This document shows, piece by piece, positions 41,015-51,652 of a stretch of DNA of 64,000 nucleotides. This DNA comes from an uncultured Gammaproteobacteria bacterium. GTDB taxonomy: Bacteria; Pseudomonadota; Gammaproteobacteria; UBA6002. Under the pieces are notes generated by a model that did not search any database, had not been told where the DNA came from, and was given only the letters and a program-made list of their open reading frames with translations. The first letter of the stretch is position 1; each line of letters begins with the position of its first letter. The stretch spans positions 128,001-192,000 of the forward strand of contig CAVPKM010000013.1 of the NCBI GenBank assembly GCA_963705725.1, written 5' to 3'. Position numbers and translations under genes: made by a program.

Positions 41015-43255
41015 ATGACAGTAGAACAATTTGAAAATGATTATATTAAAGAAGAAATCTCACAACTTCCTCGCTGTGCGATTAGCGGCGGGTATATAAA
41101 ATCAGCTTTATGGAAAACTAATGAAGTAGGAAGGAAAATTTATTTTGAATACGATGCTTTTATGCGCAAAAAGGAATCTGACAAAAGCTTTACCATAAAA
41201 TTAATCGACCTAGCAAGGGATTATACGCAAGATTGTGTAGCCATGGAGTTGATTGATTTTGTTAAGCAAGAGCCAAAGATTTTGACTCAATCACAGCGTG
41301 AACATTTTATGTTAAGTCAATTGTTATTTGCTATTTTCAGCGACGACCCCACTGAATTTGATAAATTTACGCCTTTTTTAAGTTATTATGTTAATAAGAC
41401 CTATAATTTTAAAACAATTTTACACTACGCTACTGCAAGTAGTACTGATTCAGAAAAAATAAAAATGCTGTTAGATGCGGGTGCTCGAGTCGAGCCTTAC
41501 CCTATAGAGAGAGCATCTGCATGGCATCTGAGAGCATCTGCACAGCATCCTCTTCGAACTGCAGTTACCAACGGGAATCAGCATTTAGCCAAATTGTTTT
41601 TAGAATACGGCGCTAAAATTGATACTGAGTTACATCTAGCAATTAGAAATCCTGAAATGACTAAAATACTTTTGGCGCATGGCGCAGACGCAAATGCAAT
41701 TGATAGCAAAGGCAATACTGCATTGCACATCGCTCAAAATAAAGAAGTAGTCGAGTTATTACTCCAACATGGTGCAGATATTGACGTAAAAAATGCGCAA
41801 GGTTATACCGCTTTGGATATGTTTCAGGCAAAAGTTAACCCCTATCTTGGGGAACCCCAAAACTTTCTAGGTTCTAGATTTCTTTCCATCCCATCGCGTA
41901 TCGAACAGGATCTTGCCATTTGTGAGTTGTTAAAAGCACAAAAATTAAGACGAGAAGCAAAAAAAGCTGAAGCTGCGGCTGAAGTGGATTCTATGGAAAA
42001 ATTTGACCTGAAGGACATCCAAGAGAGCATCTCTGATCATGAATTATTAAATGGAGAAAGATTAGAAAGTAAAAATAAAAAAGATGTGGAAGAAAAAGCG
42101 AGGCAGGATAGAGTTGCAAGTGATCTAGCATTCATAGAAGAAAATCAAAAAAATAAAGCTTTTCATTACTTGGGACTGGAGGAGGATCCTGATCGAATAA
42201 TTTTTAACCCGGAAAATATAAGTCAATATATAGCGGATTGGTTAAGTGGTATCTCTGAGGCTGAAGGCTATGTGAAACGCGTGTGCCAAGAAAATAATAT
42301 TCGATTTTTTGAGTTATTAAATGAATTACCAGAAACAGAAGCCAGTCAACTATTTGGGCTAATACTTGAGGGAGCAGAAGATCCTTCGTTACTTTGGATG
42401 GGTGCTTCGCATCACTTTGTTGGATTAATCTGGTCAGCAGATGACGCCAGCAGCATCGCAAAATTATCAGAACGTGCGAATGGTTTAGGACTGACCGATA
42501 TTCTTAAAGAGGATGTCATTGTTAATCGCATTCTTGAAACAGGCGCCTTGATTTACCTTGAAGATCCCGCATTGTTTTGTGCCATCGTGCAATCATCTGG
42601 CATCGCAAGCTTAGGTGAAGAAAATAAACAGGTGATAGCAGAAACACTCTTTCAGTCGGGTTTAAAGTGTGAAAATGGGGAAGAAGCCTTTGCCACTATT
42701 ATATCCCTACTATTCGATCTCAAAGATCATTGGTCACAATCTAATAGTCCAGCAGGTAAAGAAGAAATCATTTTCGATTTTTACGCGGCTTTATTAATGC
42801 AAAATGCGGAGCTCATGATAGAGCTTGCGGGTAAAAATCCTTCATCTTTTAAAGCATTGCTAGGAGGAATGTCTACCACACAAATGAATTTGCTTGAAGA
42901 CAAGCCTTTTTATGTTGAATTGATGGCACAGCCTGAAATTAAAAGACTTTTTCCCCCTAAAAAAACTGTGATTGACTATAACGATCCAAATGAAGAATTA
43001 GCGTGGTCCACCTGCACATTGACAGGATTATTTGTAAAAGATCAAGAAGAACAAGAAAAGGCAGAGTTTTCTTTCTTTAGGAAACAAGTAACGAAACCTA
43101 AGCCAGTAATAATAAATAAAGTGAATTTTGACCATGCGGTGCAATCTGATCAGAAATCAGCGGGTGAAAGCATGACTGAATGGGATATTTCTATAGACCT
43201 TAAGGAAAACCAAAAAGAAGAAAAGAAAGAGAAAGAATCCTGCTTGGTTATGTAA
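41015..43255 (+). CDS. Ankyrin-repeat protein with C-terminal CaaX box; candidate type IVB effector
   Basis: Ankyrin repeats (TILHYA, GNTALHIA, LLQHGADIDVKNAQGYTAL); ends KEEKKEKESCLVM; GAGGG RBS before ATG 41015. Confidence 0.88.
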   Translation: MTVEQFENDYIKEEISQLPRCAISGGYIKSALWKTNEVGRKIYFEYDAFMRKKESDKSFTIKLIDLARDYTQDCVAMELIDFVKQEPKILTQSQREHFMLSQLLFAIFSDDPTEFDKFTPFLSYYVNKTYNFKTILHYATASSTDSEKIKMLLDAGARVEPYPIERASAWHLRASAQHPLRTAVTNGNQHLAKLFLEYGAKIDTELHLAIRNPEMTKILLAHGADANAIDSKGNTALHIAQNKEVVELLLQHGADIDVKNAQGYTALDMFQAKVNPYLGEPQNFLGSRFLSIPSRIEQDLAICELLKAQKLRREAKKAEAAAEVDSMEKFDLKDIQESISDHELLNGERLESKNKKDVEEKARQDRVASDLAFIEENQKNKAFHYLGLEEDPDRIIFNPENISQYIADWLSGISEAEGYVKRVCQENNIRFFELLNELPETEASQLFGLILEGAEDPSLLWMGASHHFVGLIWSADDASSIAKLSERANGLGLTDILKEDVIVNRILETGALIYLEDPALFCAIVQSSGIASLGEENKQVIAETLFQSGLKCENGEEAFATIISLLFDLKDHWSQSNSPAGKEEIIFDFYAALLMQNAELMIELAGKNPSSFKALLGGMSTTQMNLLEDKPFYVELMAQPEIKRLFPPKKTVIDYNDPNEELAWSTCTLTGLFVKDQEEQEKAEFSFFRKQVTKPKPVIINKVNFDHAVQSDQKSAGESMTEWDISIDLKENQKEEKKEKESCLVM

Positions 43256-43269
43256 AAACATAACTAAAG

Positions 43270-43441
43270 TAACCATTCAGCGCAAATGCTAGAAGCCGCT
43301 AAACGTTCAGATTTTAGCCAGATTCGGACAAACAAATTTAATTAAAAAGCGGAGCATATATAAATATGTGAGCAGTTTTAATTAAATTTTTTGTTCGAAG
43401 ATGGCAAAATATGGACGTTTCAATCCTGTGCTGAGTGATTA
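43270..43441. mobile_element. Palindromic MITE-like element, copy 2
   Basis: Reverse-complement match to 15946-16114; ends TAACCATTCAGCGCA / TGTGCTGAGTGATTA. Confidence 0.85.
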
Positions 43442-45376
43442 GGTGGTTTTATATAGTTTTAAACAGAGATAGCCAGTTATAATCAGGCCGATAAATGGAG
43501 TAAAAGGACGAAATGAGTTGGGAAGCAAATTAAGTGCATCTGAATTGCCTGCCAAAATAAAGGGAATAGCAAGAAAGACGCCCGTAAGAGCAGACCCAGC
43601 CACAATGCCGCAGGCTAATAGTAAGGCGGAAATCTGCTCCTTGTTGTGAGGTTTTTTCCGTTTGCTAGCAAGATAATTGGTAAAACCTCCAATGATAACT
43701 GGTAAAACAATATCGGGTGGCAAATAAATTCCCAATCCGATTGCTAAAACAGGTAGCCGTTTCCGCTTATACTTAAGGTATTCATCCCCGATAATTCCTG
43801 CTATTGCAATTAAACCACCTAGAATTATTTCTCGTTTAGGAAGATTATGCTTAAACACGCCTTGTGCAATTGCCGTAATTAGACCGGCTTGCGGAGCAGG
43901 TAGCATTTGAGTTTTGTTCATGTGAGGAAGAGGAAACACTCCTCCTATCCCATAAGCCTGAAAGAGAATTTCCAAAACAGGCGCAACTACTAAGGCAGAA
44001 ATCGTTACGCCTAACATAATCATTAATTGTTGCTTCCAAGGTTTGGCATTTAACAGTTGGCCAGCTTTTAAATCTTGGATATTTTCACCTGATATTGCGC
44101 TGATGACAGCAATGACACTGGTGATAAGAATCACCAACGTCATTTCTTTTGCCAAAAAAGTAGGAGTATTCATAAAAGTTAAAGATAAGAGAGATGCAAT
44201 AATGAGTACGGCAATCAGCATCAGGCCGGAAAGTGGATTATTTGTCATTCCTACCAGGCCGCTTAGATAGGCGCAAATCGAAGCAAGAAAAAATCCGGCA
44301 ACCAGTGTGACCAAGGTGGCAATTGAGCTTAATAAAAAACTCACTAAAAAAGAAAAGGGAGGAGGTTGCAAGCTTAGAAAATAAGCGTAACTAAGTACAG
44401 AGAATAGTGAGAATATGAAAATGCCGATAAGAACCAAAATAAAAGGGAAATCTTCTTCTGCAGAGGAACGGTTCTGTCGAAGCTTAATAGAGGAGATTGA
44501 AATTAAAGAAACTTTGAGACCATTAATAATGGGTTTAACCAATTTTATTAAGGTCCAAATGCCGCCAATTATCATGGTCCCAACCCCAATGAAACGGATA
44601 TGGTTATTCCATAATTGCATGGTAAGCTCATAGGGAGTTAATCCACTGGGTAAGGCGTAAAATAAGCTAAATACCGGAATGCCGATAATCCAGCCAATCA
44701 TCCAACCAAACAACATAGCAATAGAGGCTTCAATCCCTACAATAAAGCCTGCTGCTAGAAGTGCAGGGGAAAATCCAAGCGCGGTGCCAAATAAAAGATG
44801 GTCTTTTCTAAACCAAAGTTGCCAATTTTCTGCAACCCATTTAAATCCAATTTGAGAAAGGCTAATTATCGCACCTAAAAGTCCTCCAGTTAATAAATGC
44901 TGAAATTGTTTTTTGCTGTTTATGCTCACCTTCATCACTTGGCCAATTGCGGTGCCTTCGGGAAAAGACAAATCGCGATGATGTAAAAGAATTTTTCTAA
45001 GTGGTATAGAGAAAAACAATCCTAGCATGCCGCCAATAAACACGATGCAGAAGGTTTGCCAATAGTAAAAATGTTGCCAATATCCGGTAATGATTAAAGC
45101 GGGCAGTATAAAGGAGACGGCTGCTGCTACTCCTTCACCGGCAGAAGCGGAGGTTTGTACCAAATTACTTTCAAGTATCTGACTATTTTTAAAAAAATGA
45201 AGAATAGCCATGGAAATGACAGCGGCAGGAATGGAAGCCGCAATGGTATGTCCAATTTTTAAAGCAAGATAGACGTTCGATGCGGCAAGAATGGCGGTTA
45301 AAAAAACAGATAAAAAAAGGACTCGGAAGTTAATGTTAACATGATCTAGTCTTGCTGCATTCGATGAATTAGGCAA
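43439..45376 (-). CDS. OPT-family oligopeptide transporter
   Basis: [39 protein letters not shown]. Confidence 0.93.
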   Translation of the reverse strand: MPNSSNAARLDHVNINFRVLFLSVFLTAILAASNVYLALKIGHTIAASIPAAVISMAILHFFKNSQILESNLVQTSASAGEGVAAAVSFILPALIITGYWQHFYYWQTFCIVFIGGMLGLFFSIPLRKILLHHRDLSFPEGTAIGQVMKVSINSKKQFQHLLTGGLLGAIISLSQIGFKWVAENWQLWFRKDHLLFGTALGFSPALLAAGFIVGIEASIAMLFGWMIGWIIGIPVFSLFYALPSGLTPYELTMQLWNNHIRFIGVGTMIIGGIWTLIKLVKPIINGLKVSLISISSIKLRQNRSSAEEDFPFILVLIGIFIFSLFSVLSYAYFLSLQPPPFSFLVSFLLSSIATLVTLVAGFFLASICAYLSGLVGMTNNPLSGLMLIAVLIIASLLSLTFMNTPTFLAKEMTLVILITSVIAVISAISGENIQDLKAGQLLNAKPWKQQLMIMLGVTISALVVAPVLEILFQAYGIGGVFPLPHMNKTQMLPAPQAGLITAIAQGVFKHNLPKREIILGGLIAIAGIIGDEYLKYKRKRLPVLAIGLGIYLPPDIVLPVIIGGFTNYLASKRKKPHNKEQISALLLACGIVAGSALTGVFLAIPFILAGNSDALNLLPNSFRPFTPFIGLIITGYLCLKLYKTT

Positions 45377-47273
45377 GCAAAGCTTCCTTGCGGGTTTTGG
45401 TTAACTGGTTAAATCGTTGTTGGATGGATTTCACTATGCCTTGTGCATCTAAACGACATTGGCTAAGCATTTTATCCGGATTGCCATGTTCAAGAAAAAA
45501 ATCCGGTAACCCCAAATTCAGCAAGTTAATGGCATATCCTTCACGAATGATAAATTCATTTACGCCGCTGCCTGCGCCCCCCATAATTGCATTTTCCTCT
45601 ATCGTCACTAAAAGCTCGTATTTCGATGCTAAGGATTGGATTAACGCTTCGTCAAGCGGTTTGATAAAGCGCATATCAACCACCGTTGCGTTTAAAAAAT
45701 CTCCGGCTTGTTTGGCAGGGTCGACCATGGATCCAAATGCTAGCAAACAGATTGCTCCGCCGGTTCGTACAATTTTAGCCTTGCCAATTGGTAAAGGCGT
45801 CAGCTCAGAATTGACCGCAGTCCCAGGTCCACTGCCTCTTGGGTAGCGCACAGCCGCAGGACCAGGGTAATAGAATGCGGTTGTTAGCATTTTATGACAT
45901 TCATTTTCATCGGAAGGAGCCATGATAATCATATTGGGTATGCATCTTAAATAGGATAAATCAAAACTTCCTGCATGAGTGGGGCCATCGCCGCCAACTA
46001 ATCCGGCACGATCAATTGCAAATGTGACATCAAGATTTTGAAGCGCAACATCATGAATCAGCTGATCATAGCCTCTTTGTAAGAAAGTAGAGTAGATTGC
46101 CACAACAGGTTTTAAACCTTCGCAAGCCAAACCTGCCGCAAAGGTAATACAATGCTGCTCTGCGATGCCGACATCACAATATTTTTGTGGATAGTCCTTT
46201 GCAAATTGCGTCATTCCTGACCCTTCGCACATGGCAGGGGTAATGGCATATAGCCTTGGGTCATCTGCGATATCGCAAAGCCAACCGCCAAAAATATCAG
46301 AATAAGTTTTTTTTGCAGGCGGAAGGTGGCGAGTTAACACGTCATTTTCAGTCTTAAAGCCAGCCTTAACGGCATGATAAGTAACTGGATTGGCTTCTGC
46401 TAGAGGATAGCCTTTTCCTTTAGTGGTAATGACATGAAGTAATTGAGGGCCTTTCAGCAGTGTTAAATTTTCAAGCGTTGAAACCAAGTTTTTTATATCA
46501 TGCCCATCGATGGGACCAAAATAATGAAAACCGAGTTCTTCAAATAAAGTGCCAGGTGCAATCATTCCTTTTAAATGTGTTTCTGTGCGCTTGGCAAATG
46601 ATTTAATGGGAGGCATTTTTTCGAGTACTTTCTTACTGCCCTCCCTAAGTGTGGTGTAAATTTTTCCTGATAAAATTCGAGCCAAATAATTGTTTAATGC
46701 GCCGACATTAGGAGAAATAGACATGTCATTATCGTTAAGGATGACGAGTAAATCCGCATCAATACTACCTGCATGATTTAAGGCTTCAAAAGCCATCCCG
46801 CCGGTCAGACCCCCATCACCAATAATTGCAACCGATTTAAATGCTTTTTTTTGGACGTCTCTAGCGATAGCCATGCCCAATGCAGCGCTAATAGAGGTGC
46901 TGGAATGACCTACCCCAAATGTGTCAAAAAGACTCTCTTCTCTTTTAGGAAAGGGAGCCAGTCCCTGTTCTTGCCTAATGGAATGAAGCTTGTCCCTGCG
47001 TCCTGTCAAAATTTTATGTGCATAAGCCTGATGCCCCACATCCCAAATCAATTTATCTTCTGGAGTTTGAAAGACATAATGTAGGCCAATTGTTAGCTCA
47101 ACTGCTCCTAAATTAGCTGCGAAGTGTCCGCCGCATTGATTTAAAGTTTGGATTAAATACCGCCTAAGTTCTTCACATAAATTTTCTAACTGAGCAAGGG
47201 GTAATTCTCTTAAATCAGAAGGGGAATTAATACGATTTAATAGTGGATAGGAAAAATCTTCACAGTTAATCAT
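45369..47273 (-). CDS. dxs: 1-deoxy-D-xylulose-5-phosphate synthase
   Basis: WDVGHQ, GDGG...NDN, IAEQH, DGPTH. Confidence 0.98.
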   Translation of the reverse strand: MINCEDFSYPLLNRINSPSDLRELPLAQLENLCEELRRYLIQTLNQCGGHFAANLGAVELTIGLHYVFQTPEDKLIWDVGHQAYAHKILTGRRDKLHSIRQEQGLAPFPKREESLFDTFGVGHSSTSISAALGMAIARDVQKKAFKSVAIIGDGGLTGGMAFEALNHAGSIDADLLVILNDNDMSISPNVGALNNYLARILSGKIYTTLREGSKKVLEKMPPIKSFAKRTETHLKGMIAPGTLFEELGFHYFGPIDGHDIKNLVSTLENLTLLKGPQLLHVITTKGKGYPLAEANPVTYHAVKAGFKTENDVLTRHLPPAKKTYSDIFGGWLCDIADDPRLYAITPAMCEGSGMTQFAKDYPQKYCDVGIAEQHCITFAAGLACEGLKPVVAIYSTFLQRGYDQLIHDVALQNLDVTFAIDRAGLVGGDGPTHAGSFDLSYLRCIPNMIIMAPSDENECHKMLTTAFYYPGPAAVRYPRGSGPGTAVNSELTPLPIGKAKIVRTGGAICLLAFGSMVDPAKQAGDFLNATVVDMRFIKPLDEALIQSLASKYELLVTIEENAIMGGAGSGVNEFIIREGYAINLLNLGLPDFFLEHGNPDKMLSQCRLDAQGIVKSIQQRFNQLTKTRKEALLA

Positions 47274-47388
47274 GTTGTTCAGCCAATGTCTGCCTATTAT
47301 TGGAAAATAGTTGGTCTGCTAAGGGCATTCATTTATGATACTTTAATTATCTTAGCTTTGCCACACCATCTAGCGTATTCACAACTGA

Positions 47389-48300
47389 TCACTTGTCGCG
47401 CATGACAATATATTCTGCCAAAGAAATTAACCGATTGAGCTGATTCTTGTGCGGTGCTAATAGGCTAAGTGCCTTCTCGTAATAGTCGCTTAACAATTGC
47501 TTTGCCGCTGCAATGCTCATTATAGTGGCGAATGTTGCTTTTTGATTGGCTTGATCTGTGCCAACATTTTTTCCCAGCGCTTCAGCTGAACTTTCTTGAT
47601 TCAAGATGTCGTCTTTAATTTGAAAACATAGCCCAATCAGTTCTGCGAATTGTTGCAAGGCGTTGATCACTGTCGTATGGGTAGGTGGGCTAGCAAGTAT
47701 CCCGAGTTGGATTGCCGCTGCGATTAATGCGCCTGTTTTATGTTGATGAATGTGCTTGATTTCTTCAATCGTTAGCTGATTGCCTGTCGCTTGAAGATCA
47801 AGTGCCTGGCCACCAGCCATTCCCAAAGACCCCGAAGCCTTAGCGAGGAGGTTGATCATTTTAAGTTGCGTCGCTTCCGGCCAGTAACCTGTTGCTCGTG
47901 ATAATATATCAAAGCTAAGCGTTTGTAGCGCATCTCCAACTAGGATAGCCGTTGCCTCATCAAAAGCCTTGTGGCAAGTTAATATTCCTCTTCTTAAATC
48001 GTCATTGTCCATTGCAGGCAAGTCATCGTGGACAAGGGAGTAGCAATGAATAAGTTCAATGGCGCTGGCAGGATAATTCAACGCGGACAAATTAGCCCCA
48101 AGCGCTTCTCCAGTAGCATAAACCAATAGCGGTCTAACTCGCTTCCCTCCATTTAACACGCAATAACGCATTGCTTCATGAAAGCGTTTTGGTATGAGTT
48201 GCGAACTTGGGAGGATATGGGTTAAAAATGTCGTAATGCGATTTTGGCATTGTGTTAGGTAATTATCGAAATCAGCATTATTCTTCAATTTTGTAATCAT
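47389..48300 (-). CDS. ispA: Farnesyl diphosphate synthase
   Basis: GGKRVRP, HDDLPAMDNDDLRRG, FQIKDD; xseB-ispA-dxs order. Confidence 0.96.
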   Translation of the reverse strand: MITKLKNNADFDNYLTQCQNRITTFLTHILPSSQLIPKRFHEAMRYCVLNGGKRVRPLLVYATGEALGANLSALNYPASAIELIHCYSLVHDDLPAMDNDDLRRGILTCHKAFDEATAILVGDALQTLSFDILSRATGYWPEATQLKMINLLAKASGSLGMAGGQALDLQATGNQLTIEEIKHIHQHKTGALIAAAIQLGILASPPTHTTVINALQQFAELIGLCFQIKDDILNQESSAEALGKNVGTDQANQKATFATIMSIAAAKQLLSDYYEKALSLLAPHKNQLNRLISLAEYIVMRDK

Positions 48301-48508
48301 CAAGCAAGAATTCGCCATGATTTTTTATAAGTTTTTGAACTTTTTGTTCCGCACTTTGTAGCGCTTTCTGGCATTGCTGAGTTAATGCCACGCCTTTTTC
48401 AAAGCTTTTTAACGATTCTTCTAAAGAAAGCCCGCCTTGTTCCATTTGAACGACAATTTTATTAAGCTCTTCCATTGCCTGCTCGAAATTAAAATCTTCG
48501 GTTGACAT
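48278..48508 (-). CDS. xseB: Exodeoxyribonuclease VII small subunit
   Basis: FEQAMEEL...LSLEESLKSFEKG...AEQKV. Confidence 0.96.
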   Translation of the reverse strand: MSTEDFNFEQAMEELNKIVVQMEQGGLSLEESLKSFEKGVALTQQCQKALQSAEQKVQKLIKNHGEFLLDDYKIEE

Positions 48509-48841
48509 GGGTTTTCCTCAAATTAACATTGAGATCTGAGTGTAGCATTGATAGCGAGATAAAAACTACTGTTGATACTTTTGCTTTAAATTATTTTGAT
48601 GCAGCCAGGAATCATAAAGTTTTTTTGCGGCACGAAAATCCTGATTTTGCAAATGATATAATACTTGCTGTTTAATTACTTCCGGTAAATAGCCAAACAT
48701 TTCACACCTCATCAAATATAACATCGTAGCTAGATTACCAAGCCTCGAGTCATCAGTATGTCAGAAAAATGAAGCACAGGATGTAGGAAATTTTCCATAT
48801 TTGTTCTGATTCCCTCTTTAAATTCATTATAATTTATCAAC

Positions 48842-48861
48842 CTTAAGCTGCACTTAAGATT
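48842..48861 (+). promoter_or_regulatory. PmrA-box-like direct repeat
   Basis: CTTAAGCTG-CA-CTTAAGATT, 11-bp period, 140 nt before the protease gene. Confidence 0.45.
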
Positions 48862-49000
48862 TATAAATATCGCTAATAAAAAACAAAAACACGATAAGCA
48901 TTAATTATAAATCAATAAATCTATTTTTATATTAATTTAAATTAATATGATGTGATTTGTCTTTGCTATCATTATATGAAGCAGTAAGTAAGGAATAAAA

Positions 49001-50209
49001 ATGAAAAGGATTTGTGCGGCACTTGTTTCAGGTTACTTTTTGATGTTAGCGGCTGATGCCATGGCGATGAACGCCGAAGAAATTTATAAGAAAGCCAGTC
49101 ATTCTGTATATACCATTTATACGGTTAATTTTTATGATAAATCACCAGAATCTCTTGGTAGCGCGATTGCTGTAACCGACCATATTTTGGCGACGAATTG
49201 TCACGTGGCATTAACGGGCAACTATTTAGGCATTGTTATCAACAATGAATTCAAATTAGGTACGTTATTTTTTCGCGATGTGAATCGAGATATTTGCTTT
49301 GTTGAGGTGCCAGGAATCAAATTCAATCCGGTAAAAATTCGGGATACGCAAGGTGTTCGTGTTGGAGAGCAAGTCTTTGCTATTGGGAATCCTGAAGGAC
49401 TGGAAAAATCTATCTCCCAAGGCATTATTTCCAATAAACGCAAGGATCGTGGTGGTTATGTTTTGCAAACCGATGCAACGGTGTCTTTTGGCTCAAGTGG
49501 TGGCGGATTATTTGATCAGAATGGAAACTTGATCGGTATTACCAATAGTGTCGATCGATATAGTAAAAACATTGCCTTTGCGATCCCTTCTGAATGGATT
49601 TCTCAAATACTTTTTCCAAAGATGGTGGCAGATGATAAAAGCAAAGAGAAAACTGTAATTTCTGAAAAAAAAGAAACCAAAAAATCCATTAATAAAATTG
49701 GAAATTTTGGAAAAGCAAATATCGGTTTGTTCAAATACAATCAAAAATGTTTTGTATTTTTCACGGGAAAAAATGAATATGGTGAAATATCCGGAAGTGC
49801 TATCTGGTATCCTGAAAAACCCAACATTGTTTTATTATTCCCAAATTCCACCGATATGAATAAAAACTTTGAAATTATGAACCAAGCTTTTTATGGAGAT
49901 CAAGAAGGAAGCCCTAGCTACTCTAAGGATTATTTATATCTAGGCAATAAAAAATATGAGCTTGTTGGAATTAGAGATCAAAATGGTAAATTCCCCTTGC
50001 TTGTAACCAAGTTGCCAATTACCGCAAAATCTCTCTTCCCTACCCTGAAAAGTTTTGAGGTTGTGATTAATGATGGTCAAACCTTACAGGCCGCTACCAA
50101 AATTTTTTATGGGCTAGATGGTTACCAAGAAACCATGTCCGCTTACACCAAGCAATGCCAGCTTCCTGCGGCGTCACAAGGTGCTGCGTCAGAGGGCAAA
50201 AAAAGTTGA
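49001..50209 (+). CDS. Secreted trypsin-like (S1C) serine protease with unrecognised C-terminal domain
   Basis: Signal peptide; triad motifs TNCHV, RDIC, GSSGG; AIGNP; no PDZ recognised. Confidence 0.88.
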   Translation: MKRICAALVSGYFLMLAADAMAMNAEEIYKKASHSVYTIYTVNFYDKSPESLGSAIAVTDHILATNCHVALTGNYLGIVINNEFKLGTLFFRDVNRDICFVEVPGIKFNPVKIRDTQGVRVGEQVFAIGNPEGLEKSISQGIISNKRKDRGGYVLQTDATVSFGSSGGGLFDQNGNLIGITNSVDRYSKNIAFAIPSEWISQILFPKMVADDKSKEKTVISEKKETKKSINKIGNFGKANIGLFKYNQKCFVFFTGKNEYGEISGSAIWYPEKPNIVLLFPNSTDMNKNFEIMNQAFYGDQEGSPSYSKDYLYLGNKKYELVGIRDQNGKFPLLVTKLPITAKSLFPTLKSFEVVINDGQTLQAATKIFYGLDGYQETMSAYTKQCQLPAASQGAASEGKKS

Positions 50210-50213
50210 GAAG

Positions 50214-50702
50214 TCAGGGTTGGGTAATCTGTATGGAATAAATATCCACCCACTCTCTTTTTTCAGCACCTATCTTTCTATAAAAATTCTGTCCCTGTTC
50301 GTTATCTTTTAGACACCAGGCGTTAATTCGGCCTATACCCTGTTTTTTTCCGATATGCGCTAGATGAATGAGTAAGCTCTGACCAATGCCAGATTTTCTC
50401 CACTCAGGTTTTACATAAATATCATCTAGTTGCATTAAAGGGCTTGTATTAAAAGCTCGGTTGATATTAGCGAAGGAGTAAAGGCAAAATCCAATCGGCT
50501 CATCTTGTAAGTCTGTGGCTATCAGGCAATACCAATCTGCGCATACACTAAAAAGTTCTTCTTCCAAGCGTTTGCGCGTCATCTTAAACCGATCTGTAAG
50601 ACCTTCATGCTTTACCAGATCGATAAGCATGACAAAAAGTAGATCCAAATCTTCTTTTTTGACAGGTCTTATTGCATGATTATTTTTGATAATTTTTTCC
50701 AT
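50214..50702 (-). CDS. GNAT acetyltransferase (polyamine acetyltransferase-like)
   Basis: DDIYVKPEWRKSGIG, N...FYRKIGA. Confidence 0.88.
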   Translation of the reverse strand: MEKIIKNNHAIRPVKKEDLDLLFVMLIDLVKHEGLTDRFKMTRKRLEEELFSVCADWYCLIATDLQDEPIGFCLYSFANINRAFNTSPLMQLDDIYVKPEWRKSGIGQSLLIHLAHIGKKQGIGRINAWCLKDNEQGQNFYRKIGAEKREWVDIYSIQITQP

Positions 50703-50856
50703 AAATTAACGCCCTCTCTGTCTTCAAAATCATTTATTTTTTGATACTCCGGTATGGTAATCCATTTGCGAACGGGTATCCTATGTTTATATTTCGAATA
50801 GTTTCGCTTATTTCGTTTGATACGCTAATTTAGAACACTGAAATGAAAGGGGGGCA

Positions 50857-51318
50857 ATGATGGGCACTACGACATTAAACGAGAAGATATTATTACCTTC
50901 TGATCAAGAAATTCAACTTGCTAATGAGTCAAGTAAAAAATTATCTGCTTAGGTTAAGTCAATTCATTCATCAGTAATTCAATTTCAAGGAATGAAAGGT
51001 GAAAATTTTTTTATTCCTGCAAAAGCAGCAAATTTACTGATGACTATTTTAAATCAGATGGCTAAGGGCAATGCTGTTACTTTGATTCCTGTTCATATCG
51101 AATTAACCACCCAGGAAGCAGCAAACCTTTTGAATGTTTCGCGTCCCTTTTTAGGGAAGCTATTAGAAGAGGGTAAAATTCCGTTTCGTCTAGTTGGCAC
51201 AAAAAGAAGAGTGCTTGCAAAAGATTTATTGAAATATAAAGAAGAAATTGATAAAAAGCGTTTGGCAGCCCTTGAAGAACTAGCTCGCGAAGCTCAAAAA
51301 TATGATATGGGATATTAA
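50857..51318 (+). pseudogene. Excisionase-like HTH antitoxin with in-frame TAG at 50950
   Basis: [26 protein letters not shown]; reading frame from ATG 50857 broken by one stop. Confidence 0.8.
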
Positions 51319-51320
51319 CC

Positions 51321-51464
51321 ATGTTGCATGATATTGTTGTTTATGATGCATGTGTGCTTTATCCCGTTCCGTTACGTGATTTATTAATGCATTTGGCATT
51401 AATGGATCTATATCATGTAAACGAGTTCATTATAAAATTACGTGAATGCTCAAATAGGCTTTAG
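51321..51464 (+). pseudogene. PIN-domain toxin remnant (47 codons)
   Basis: VVYDACVLYPVPLRDLLMHLAL N-terminus, typical partner of this HTH; most of the domain is missing. Confidence 0.8.
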
Positions 51465-51652
51465 TTAAATAGGATTTCAATTAAAATACCCCATGTCCAT
51501 GCGTGCAGACGCAAAAATTTCTTTTAAGAATGTTTGCATCCAATTTTTATATAAGTCTAAATTAATGCTCTAATGGCTGAAGAAAGTTTTTTGCGTTCTT
51601 ATTTTGAAAATTATTTTATTGTATTTTTTGTGAACAAACAAAAAGCCCATCT

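Noticed and set aside
48770-48787. CACAGGATGTAGG resembling the IS1634 inverted repeat
   Set aside because: Only a short gapped match, with no partner IR or transposase sequence recognised nearby
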